The position numbers were made by a program, and so were the translations under genes. The notes under the pieces are model-generated. The model was not told the origin of the DNA. It saw nothing but the letters and a program-made list of their open reading frames with translations, and made no database searches. DNA of 46,753 nt, filler included, from Catajapyx aquilonaris (taxonomy: Eukaryota), in NCBI GenBank assembly GCA_000934665.2. It is 2 parts of 2 records of this genome, joined end to end, with 100 filler letters (N's around TTAATTAATTAA, not from the genome) between each part and the next. Parts side by side here need not be neighbours in the genome. Positions count along the whole stretch, not along the records: positions 23,364 to 46,753 come from KZ539402.1; 1 more part is not named here. One strand, 5' to 3'. This document shows, piece by piece, positions 36,687 through 46,753 of this stretch. How positions within the stretch are numbered: the stretch's first letter is position 1; every line of letters begins with the position of its first letter.

Positions 36687-37264
36687 CTAGTACCCAAACA
36701 ATGAAGTCTGGGGATCCGCCATATCAACCTGAGGCAGCCCTTGGTGAGATAATTGATGATATCAATTGTATAGGGTTATTTCATTATCCATCTTTATTTG
36801 AGCTAGTGTTAAAAAATATGTTTGGATCCAAAATTGATCAAGTGTCGTAGGATGTATCCGAAACATAGAAGCCGGTAATCATGCACTTTTTATTTAATCC
36901 TAATTATCTCTAACTATGCTTCGGAGACCCACGATACCTATACTTAAAATGATCACCTAGAACCCTAGGTAGATTAAATGTCCGATCCCTGATATTAATG
37001 TGATGGGATCAGTGCATTTGAGTGTGAGCAGTCCTCTTTTTATTTACAGCACCCCACGACCTTGGTACCGGAAAGGAATCTGTCGGACATGACTCTGGCC
37101 TGCCACCCCCGCCTCTCCCTCTCTCCCATCTCCAGCACCCCCCTGGGTGGACAAAGATATGAGGGCCCTGATGAGTCCATCTGACAGGATTAAATTAAGG
37201 ATAATGCATATGAATATGAAAAGTAGATGACCGTAATAGAATTTGGGCGTGGGAGGGGTATCAG

Positions 37265-38140
37265 TTGGCAAGAAGACCCACGGGCATGGGTTGCCTCCAT
37301 CACTCCAGACATGTGGAGATGTTGCATTTGTCCAGCACACGTTTCATTTCATTGGCAAAGAAGAGATTTTCACCATCAGCCAGCATAATTTTCGACGGGT
37401 ACGAGATCATGACAACGAAAGGGAAAGACCGTCGTCACAGAGCTGAGGAAAACTTCCTCCAATATTGTCACGGATTACAACACAACGGTAACAACACAAC
37501 CGTATGAGTTCCTAAATGACCATAACAAGAACGAGATCATCCGCCTTCTTCTGAAAAATTTCCCAACAGTGGATCATGTCATTCAGTGCGCCGGTACTGC
37601 TGCGTATGCCACCAATGAGCCCATGTACTTGAGTACGACTCCGGGCAAGATGCGGCTGTCATCGCGAATGTGCTGGCAATTTTACTCGCAAGGGCACATG
37701 TAGACACAGGGATAAAAGCTATACACCCTGACTCAAGTATGGCCTCGGGGGAAGTGTTCAGTGTCTCTCCGACATCAACAACTGCATTGGCAATATGAAG
37801 AACTGCGTTTTATTCTGCCGTGCATTCACAAACTGTGATACTACAAGCGCCTTTTATGGCAAAGGAAAAAAAGCTGGCAGGAACAAGCTCAAAAATTCAG
37901 AAGCTCTACTGGATTCAGTGAAGATTTTCACGCGTCCCAACGCGGACATAAAAGCCATCGTGTCCGCAGGAGACAGGTTCACATTAATTTCCCTCTATGA
38001 CAAGTGTGACTCTAAAACACTTGACGAACTCAGAGTGGTACAGTACAGTGGAACAATATTGCCAGACACAACCGGTCACAGCTTCGTTCCAGCTTTCATC
38101 CCTTCCGCCAACCTCTGCTGCCTGTGAGCAGCATGTTAAT
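37265..38140 (+). pseudogene. Academ transposase XPG/PIN-like nuclease remnant
   Basis: IIFDGYE..TK..R, FLNDHNKNEIIRLL, AFTNCDTTSAFYGKGKK (H2TH motif) and SLPPTSAACEQH, in order, with frameshifts. Confidence 0.75.
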
Positions 38141-41100
38141 TTTAGCCTGATGGACGGGAAGATCGAGTAACAAATAAAGGCATAGAGACACGCTCATTTT
38201 TAACATTCTCCCACGACGTCACCACCTGCAAAGACGCCGAATGGACTTGCTGACAGTAAATCACAAGGAGACAAGTCTTGGTCATATTGGCATCAAACAA
38301 AATATAATGAATATCTGACCTTCCAGACTTTAAAAAACGTATTTACTAATGTCGCAATTGACTCTGGGGTGCAGAGAACTACCTCCAATGACAGAACATT
38401 TCAAGATGCTCTGCGCCAAATTGCACAGCCCGCTACACTCACAATAATATTGCAATGTGCGAGACCTTTACCCACATGTTCAGGCTATGTTGGATGAAAG
38501 AGGCTCATGAGCTTTACAGGGATGATTATATGGAGGAAACTGAGAACAGGACAGTGATCAAACAATACACGTCTATTGCATTCCTTTGGCATTTCTATTG
38601 CCAAGAACTTATGGAACTTGTCTTAAGACTACTCATCAGCTATGACAGCGAAGAATCAGCTTATGCCATTCTTGAAGGAAGTCAGAATTAATCTAAGGTT
38701 GGACAATGGCATACCTCACGAAATATTCCAAGAGATATTCAAAGGATCATCCGACACATCGGCAGGAGGCATGACCACCGCAACAAAGTATACCATCCGG
38801 AAAGGAACGCTGGTCAAATAATAATAATGGTGTCCCAACATTAAAGATATATGATAGTTTGGTATTGCAGACAATCAGTGTCCATTTTACACGAGCACAG
38901 ACCTGGTGCCTCATCAGAATCAGGAAGAGGTCCTTGCATTGGCTCTGGAAGACAGTAACTAATCACATTTGGCTCATCATCAGGCGTCTCATCATTCCAG
39001 CAAGAAATATGCCAGTACAATCTTGCCAAGGATCTTGACACCAGCTCTGGCATCAACCTGATCTTTTTATTCTACAACATTCTCATTTCCTCTCTCCTGA
39101 GACCATGAGTCCGTTAACAATGGATGAAATAAAATTCGACATCATTAAGCGCGCACAGTCGTATTTCCCGTTTGCAATACCTTTTCAGTTGGCTATCATG
39201 TCATCTGTATGGGAGAGTGGATTGTCCGGCCTAGATTCAAACCAGCAGACGGGAATGGACAGCATAAATTTGTCCATGGAAGAAGAGTCAGACAATGCAC
39301 ACTGCCCATCATCAACACTCGGATTGACTCAATTGAAAGGTTTACCGATGCTACCTATAGAGGAGGTCATTTGGCAGCAATGGCAGAGTATTTATTTTCT
39401 CTTCACTGTGGATCAGTGGGTCACTTCATTGACTCAACCAGAACAGGAAGTTACACAACTTTGGATGCAGCTTCAGAATTGTTTCCACAACTTCTGTGTC
39501 GAACTAAGAGTACAAACCCTGCATGGAAGGGGCTTATGCAACATTTGTATGCGATTGTTGTCGCTACACCTTTGTCTCCCGTTACCACATGGGGTCCGGG
39601 TAATACAGATAGTGATTTTTATGTATCGATTTTTATGCAGAAAGATTATGACCTGAGCAATAATCTTGCGTTAATACGGAGTTATCTTCATTACGCAACT
39701 AGTTTGTGTTGGGGGAATTTTCCACTAAACTTATGACGTCATACCCGCGCACAAGCCATTCCCTCTCGTGGGCCTAAACAGAACTCCTCAATGGCATCGA
39801 GAAAAACATTATCTTGAAGAAAGGGGAGGGACTGTTTCAGTTTTACCTCTCTCATGCGGAGAAAAAAAAACGTGGAAAAAGTGGCACAGGTAACACAGGA
39901 AAAATGCTCGATGAAATTGACATGGCAACACATGCATGTATCAGTCTGAAGAGTGAAGTGCCGAGGGTGCTGGCCATATTCCGCTTGCTGGCCCTGTACT
40001 TGGACGAGGACAGTATTTTTACTGTGACTGTACGTGTGCTGCCTGTCCAGCAGTTTTCACATTCTGGAAATGACAGTATTTCACAAGACTTTCCTTCCAC
40101 AGGATGCTGCTGCCGGTGAGGGCTTTGTGAAGGATTCCATCTCAAAGTCAGGCTCCAATACTTGTTATCAAAAGTAAACATGAAGCAGTCATTACTCATT
40201 AGAAACACAATATCAATAAAATTAGTGCATCTTCCTCACATTCTTGGTATTGCCTTTTAGGGATGTCCCTGTATGACGAGGGAAGCATATAGGAGTCATA
40301 GGATGTGACAGCGAGGTTTTATTTTCTGTGTCTGCTGGGGTACAACAAGCTATACAGGCTGGTTCCATTTCAATCCAGACGGAGGGTGCCCAGTCATGGT
40401 CTTCGATTTTTTTAAAAAAAATATATGTGAAACCCACATCCAATTGAACCCTTATGGAGCAATCAGTTTTACGAGATTAAATTTAGTTATCGATATATTA
40501 ATATTTCTTTCAAGGGGTACCAAAATAACCTTCACGGGAAGTGCACTTTTTCCATTGCTTTCAATGAGTATATCTCGGGAACTGTTCGGAAAACCAACAT
40601 GAAATTTTAAACTCATGCTTTTGGAAGAACACGCTGTCATGTAATGCATAAATTTACCTTATTTAATGGTACAGTCACCTGCAAAAAAATCTCCAACATT
40701 GCANTGACTGGGCACCCTCCGTCTGGATTGAAATGGAACCAGCCTACACTTGTACTTCATGGCCCACTATGTGTATGGGTACTGCTATGCACGCCAGCAG
40801 GCAAACACGTTGGAGTTCATTCAACGGTAGTTATTTTATACATGATATAAAAGTTTCATGGACTACATGGTTTCTAATGTGGTACAAGTTCTCATCTCTT
40901 ATACTCTCATGTTTATAGGGTGCTGATGGAGCTGAATGTGGGAGACGTCACTAGGCCTAAAAGGAAGGCATGTAGCCAAAAAGGTACATGTTTAATAAAC
41001 CAAATTGTGAAGTTTATAAATAAGTGATACGAGAAGTGATGAGTGTAAATAAGAATGGCAATAATGTTGTCAAACCAGGAACATTTCAAAACGCTGGGAA

Positions 41101-41160
41101 TCCATATCCCCCGTTTATATTTTGTACTAATGTGGCTTCAGGCGGGGTATTGCAGGAAAT

Positions 41161-41217
41161 ATGTCAATCCATAACAAGATGTCAATCCATAACAAGATGT
41201 CAATCCATAAGATGTCA
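41161..41217 (+). repeat. Short tandem repeat (ATGTCAATCCATAACAAG) x~3
   Basis: Directly visible 18-bp unit. Confidence 0.85.
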
Positions 41218-41602
41218 CATAATGCACCGTAACCTAACATACCCTACGTACCAATGCAGTAACCCATAAAATCACACTACCAGTTATCAACCACCACCAC
41301 CTACCCTCTCCCTCTGGGAACAAACAGCCAGGGGAAATTAATTGGTGATTATTTTCTTTTGTAAGTTGCTCTCAGGATGTTACAGGTTCAACATCATGAA
41401 ACATTTGTTACCAGCGTTTTTAATGTCGACAATGAGTTCTATTTCCAGGAAATTATTGGGCTGAAATCAACAACGTAGTGGAAAAGCTTTCTGCTCAGGT
41501 AAATGGGAGGAAAATAGTATATTCCTGGTGCATTTGGCAATTGCAAGTAGGCAACCCACCATAACACTTCCCAATGACGTCATTGGTTTGTTTAGAAATT
41601 AT

Positions 41603-41647
41603 TAGTCAACAGAAAAATGCCGAGCGCATGCGTATTTCTGTTGACTA
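41603..41647. repeat. Tiny hairpin with 13-bp arms
   Basis: TAGTCAACAGAAA ... TTTCTGTTGACTA around GCGCATGCG. Confidence 0.6.
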
Positions 41648-41692
41648 GGAATTGGTATACAAGGTTATAAGGTGTGGTATTATAAGGCAGCA

Positions 41693-42373
41693 GGGTAATT
41701 CCATGACAGTTCAGGTAGTCGATGTAACCCTCTATCCTCGGATATGAATGAAAATTGGAGCTTGACTTAATTATGCCGAGTAAGAAACACTTTGAATTTT
41801 TTTATTCCTCCCAAATTTCAAGGTCACGCGGTACAGCGCTGACAAAAATGACGCGATCGCAAAACAGCATGCCACTCATCGGTTCGTATGTCGGTAAGTA
41901 TATGTCACAGAGCTACAAAATAGGTGTCAAATGATGCAGGAGAATCAGACTGTTCCAGTAATAATTATCGAAAATTTTATGGTGTCAAAATACGTAAATT
42001 AGCCAAGGGTCGAAATATGTTTGTCAAAATAAAGTCATGTTGGACGCGCCGGGGAATTTTTCCAAAATATATGGAAGTTACATGGGATACTCCTCTGTCG
42101 ATTGGTGAAATAAAATCAAAAGTGATAAATTTTGTTTTCTTGAAAAAAATTCCCGAAGGAGGAAATGCGCGCCTCCGCGCCTACTTCGGGTGGCATGGGG
42201 ATCCCCTCTGTATACTTCATTTCTCCTGCAAACCACATGAGTCTTATTCTCGAGGTGGTCTTGTTGTGTGTGCCACTCAGGGGTCAAAGGTCGCAGGAAG
42301 TGGTACTGGAGAAATTTTTGAAAGGCACATGACGCAATATAGGTAATCGAAATTACTGTTATACCAATTCAAC
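41693..42373 (+). repeat. Left TIR of Sola2 (681 bp)
   Basis: Reverse complement of 45998-46690 apart from about five substitutions and two indels. Confidence 0.95.
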
Positions 42374-42987
42374 TACACTGTAATCGGAACAAGCGAGGAA
42401 GGGGTGGTGCATATGGACGCACTGGATAATTATGCCACTAACTAATGTACAGTATTTCCGCCTTTGCTCCAAAAGCGCATTTCCCCCCTCGGCATGGGTT
42501 CCCAACATGCAGCCACCCTAACCTATTTGGGCATTTCCTCCCCCCAAAATTCCATCGGCAGATGAAACACTGTTTCCATTCATGAGTGTGGCTGGGGAGC
42601 TGGGGAAGCAGGTGCCTCTCGACTGTGACTCTGAAATAATCTCTATATGCTTCACTGCGAAAACATAAACAAAGCCCCTGTTTGGAGACCAATAGCTGGA
42701 CCAGCCCCACACCCACTCGCCATTTGTGTCATGTAGGACGTATGTGGAGGGGCTTCCAGGGAGAAAGAAGCAGGTTCCCAGTCAGTCAGAATGGCAAGTG
42801 CTGTGGAAGAGACTAGAGTGCCATCGAGTGAGTGAGTGTGAGTGACCATGCAGTTAATGTGGTCAGACTCTGGGTGTGTGAAAGTACTGAATGGAGGATT
42901 GAATAATAATGTGGAGTGCGATGTGGGTGTATGTGCAGTGACAGGCAAGGAGGTGCAGTGAAGGGACAGTTATTCAACCGAGGAACA

Positions 42988-45618
42988 ATGAAAAATTGCA
43001 GTTTCAGTGGTGTTAGGGGCAAATGCCACCAAACACTCTACTCGAGAACGGCAAAGCTGCGAACACCAAGTGATGAAGAAAAAGAGGTCATTTCCATCCG
43101 AACAGCAGTGCCAGTTGCAGCAATTGTGGACATTTGCAATCATCATTATCATGTGCTATGTAAAGGATTTTCCACATTTAAAAAGAAGTGCTGCGATCCC
43201 TTCAACCTCCATCCTCAGAAGGTCGTGACGAAATGTTTGCAACTCATCAGTGTAGCTGAATACTACAAAGTAAAAGATTTTGCCCCAAACGCAGTGCCAG
43301 GTGACAAGGTGTGCATAACCTGCCACAAGAAAATAACTTACTGGGAGACGCCGCCGGTTTCACCTGGGCCATCGTCTGGACAACCTGAAACGCTGCCGAT
43401 GCAGTCAACGTCTCAAGAGCCGCAGCCTGAGACGTCCACATCATCATCATCATCCTCAGACAATAACGATGCACAGTATGTGGATCCAGATGTATCTGGA
43501 ATGGCTTTGAATGCTACACTGAGGTGTTTAGGGGTGTCACCCCTCAGTCTGAAAGGTTTGCCCGAACACCAGAGGATTTCCAAAGGGGAGCGTAAATATA
43601 CGAAAGCAAGGACCAGCCTAAAAAGAAGGTTCGAGGACAAACTTCAATTCCCACTGGCATCTCCAAAAAAACCCAGAGAAAGTGAAGAAAGTGTCGAGAA
43701 GAAACTGGCCGACTTACGTCGATTTGAAGCAGTGATGACGAAGTTGAAAGACAAATTTAACTCACCAGAGACTTCACACGCGGACAAGATGCAGATATTG
43801 ACCCTTTCTCCATACGGGATAAAGAAGACAAGGGAAGAATTTAAGGCCACAAAATACTTAGTCGATGCGAGCAGAAGATTACTTAAAAACAATGGCATAT
43901 TGGCACGTCCTGGACAAGGGAGGCATGGAAAAATTTTAACAGGTGAGACAAAGGCTGCAGTGGTTGCATTTTACGAAAGTGATGAGGTCAGCAGGAGCAC
44001 GCCTGGAGTAAAGGATTACAAATCTGTGCGTAATGAACTGGGAGAAAAAGAGAGGAAGCAAAAGAGGCTCATGTTGGTGAATTTGAAAGAGTTGTATCGT
44101 AGATACAAAGAAGATCCAACCAACCCTGAAGTAGGATTCTCCACTTTTGCATCGTTGCGTCCTCCTTGGTGCATATTGGCCGGTCCCAAAGGAACGCATT
44201 CCGTGTGCGTGTGTTCTTATCATCAGAACGTGAAGCTTCTCATTGCTGCAATTCCTGAACTGAACACCCTCGCTCTTGAAGAGTTTATGGCGAAAACAGT
44301 GTGTCATCTGGACGAGGAGTTGTGTATGATGAGAAAGTGCAAGGAATGTCCGGGACGTCGTGGTGTGATGGAGGATTAAGACCTGCTTGATATTCTTCAG
44401 TCGATGGATGAAGTGCAGTTCAGGCCGTGGGTATCGACAGATCACACCACGCTTGTTTTAATGACTGAGACGGGAGAAGATTTCCTGGACCTCCTGGCTG
44501 ACAAGTTGGTGGAGCTGACTCGTCACCATTATATCGCCAAGGCACAGTCGGCCTACCTGAAGTCCCTGAAGGAGAATATTTCACCATCAGAAGCCATCAT
44601 CCAAATGGACTTTGCGGAGAATTATTCTTTCGTTGTGCAAGATGAGGTGCAGGGATACAGGTGGGAACACTCCCAGGCAACTGTCCACCCATTCGTAGTA
44701 TACCATCGTCTACAGGATTCCAGCATCACACGTCACATGAACTACTGCGTCATAAGCGATTCCAGAGAGCATTCCACTGCCAGTGTGTACACTTTCCAAG
44801 AGACTCTGCTGTGTGAATTGCATAAAAAATTACCCGGCCTGAAAAAAGTTCACTATTTTACTGACGGTTGTGCTGGTCAGTACAAGAATAAATACAACTT
44901 TACCAACTTGTGTCATCATTTTGCGGATTTTAACTTGGAATGTGAGTGGAATTTTTTTGGAACATCCCATGGCAAGGGTCCTTGCGATGGGATAGGAGGG
45001 ACTGTCAAGAGATCTACAGCAAAAGCTAGTCTGCAACGACCAATCACATCGCAAATAGTCACTCCAAAAGACATGTTTGATTACTGCAACAATGAATCAC
45101 ATTTTCCAAATATTAAGTTTTTTTTTATCTCTGAGCAAGACATCCAAAACTCCAAACGTAACTTGAAGGACAGATTTGACTCCGCCATAACAATACGAGG
45201 TACTCAACGCCTCCACCGATTCAGACCAATTTCGCTAACAGAACTGGAAGTCTTTGACATATCATCTAACGAACCACTTAAGATTGTGCAGGTGTCAAAG
45301 GAAGCTAACGTTCCTGCAATTGAAAGTACTGATTTTGAAGTTGGAGCATTTGTGGCATGTGTGGCGTTTGGATCCCTGTGGCTGGGAGTTATAGAAGAAA
45401 CTTCCCAAGAATTTGGAGACTACTTGATCAAAGTGTTGCATCCAGGTGGATTTTCAAGTGAATATCACTGGCCAGCTGTGGAGGACAGGTGCTGGGTGAC
45501 AGAGGAGGACGTCTTATGTGCAGCAGAGTGTACATTTAATCCTGTCTTGGGATTCTACCATTTAGAAGAAGGTGAACTTGGCAAGGTTCGAGAATCTTAC
45601 CGAATAAAAACTCTCTAG
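42988..45618 (+). pseudogene. Sola2 transposase, single reading frame with one in-frame TAA at 44377-44379
   Basis: ORFs 42916-44379 and 44404-45618 share a frame. Motifs CCDPFNLH, FYESDEVSR, FSTFASLRP..CVCSYHQN, MDFAENYS, YFTDGCAGQYKN, FGTSHGKGPCDGIGGTVKR. The start ATG is uncertain (42931 or 42988). AATAAA at ~45695. Confidence 0.9.
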
Positions 45619-45997
45619 ATGTCATCATCTGAGGTGAGTACATTTAGGATGCACTTCAGGTATCAATGTGTGGCTCAAGTGACTGATGTGATTGAATAAA
45701 CTATATGAGACCACCATGCTCCCATTCTGCAGTTACAAGTGCATGCCTAAAGCCAGTTAATAGCACAGTACTGATAGGACGATAAGCACATTAGTATAGG
45801 CCACATAGGTACTACATAAGATTCATTTCAAATAGCAAAGAGGCACTTATATGCACCAGAGAATAACAATGTACGAATACTCACAGCACAGAGGCTAAAC
45901 CATTATTTTAAACATGCCTGATATTTAATATGGTTAATTAACTGTTTATGGCGCGCTTGCTTCGTCATCAATTGTGTGCTCCATCGAAAGCATTGAC

Positions 45998-46690
45998 GTT
46001 GAATTGGTGTAACAGTAATTTCGATTACCTATATTGCGTCATGTGCCTTTCAAAAATTTCTCCAGTACCACTTCCTGCGACCTTTGACCCCTGAGTGGCA
46101 CACACAACAAGACCCGTACCTCGAGAATAAGACTCATGTGGTTTGCAGGAGAAATGAAGTATACAGAGGGGATCCCCATGCCACCCGAAGTAGGCGCGGA
46201 GGCGCGCATTTCCTCCTTCGGGAATTTTTTTCAAGAAAACAAAATTTATCACTTTTGATTTTATCTCACCAATCGACAGAGGAGTATCCCATGTAACTTC
46301 CATATATTTTGGAAAAATTCCCCGGCGCGTCCAACACGACTTTATTTTGACAAACATATTTCGACCCTTGGCTAATTTACGTATTTTGACACCATAAAAT
46401 TTTCGATAATTATTACTGGAACAGTCTGATTCTCCTGCATCATTTGACACCTATTTTGTAGCTCTGTGACATATACTTACCGACATACGAACCGATGAGT
46501 GGCATGCTGTTTTGCGATCGCGTCATTTTTGTCAGCGCTGTACCGCGTGACCTTGAAATTTGGGAGGAATAAAAAAATTCAAAGTGTTTCTTACTCGGCA
46601 TAATTAAGCCAAGCTCCAATTTTCATTCACATCCGAGGATAGAGGGTTACATTTTTATTTAATTTTACCTGAACTGTCATGGAATTACCC
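45998..46690 (-). repeat. Right TIR of Sola2 (693 bp)
   Basis: Ends TACCTGAACTGTCATGGAATTACCC, mirroring 41693 onward. Confidence 0.95.
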
Positions 46691-46753
46691 AGCAGTGGAA
46701 ACAAATATGCCACCTAATACCACCGAAATGCGGTCCTGCCATCTACCGTTGAC

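Larger units (their letters stand above)
41693..46690 (+). mobile_element. Full-length Sola2 DNA transposon (4998 bp)
   Basis: 4-bp TSD AGCA (41689-41692, 46691-46694), GGG...CCC termini (5'-GRG rule of Sola2), very long TIRs, internal Sola2-type DDD transposase. Confidence 0.9.

Noticed and set aside
44365..44400. 36-nt GT..AG segment (GTGATG...TTCTTCAG) whose splicing would remove the in-frame stop of the Sola2 transposase
   Set aside because: It is shorter than typical insect introns, has a weak donor, and removal would delete the helix expected between the CPG and FRPWVSTD motifs. A nonsense change is simpler.
43007..45054. Short ORFs overlapping or antisense to the Sola2 transposase
   Set aside because: Shadow frames of the real coding sequence.

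Overview
Eukaryotic draft-assembly window, most likely from an insect or other arthropod. The evidence is spliceosomal GT-AG introns, tRNA-derived SINEs, and N gaps next to G/C homopolymers. One host gene is clear: the last four coding exons of HEATR5B on the minus strand (22595->21220), with a candidate 30-nt in-frame microexon. The left ~21 kb is non-coding DNA packed with nested Tc1/mariner derivatives (several rearranged into fold-back palindromes), pogo/Tigger, hAT and piggyBac-type MITEs, and SINEs with target-site duplications (TSDs). After the gap at ~23.3 kb comes a graveyard of decayed transposon coding fragments (Academ, hAT, Sola1-like, Helitron), mostly on the + strand, plus a TPR remnant and unidentified coding-like DNA. 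The window ends with a young, almost intact 5.0-kb Sola2 DNA transposon (41693-46690). It has ~680-690-bp TIRs and an AGCA TSD, and its ~876-codon transposase is broken only by one in-frame TAA. No prokaryotic system, CRISPR array or rRNA is present. All family assignments come from motif recognition by eye, not from database searches.
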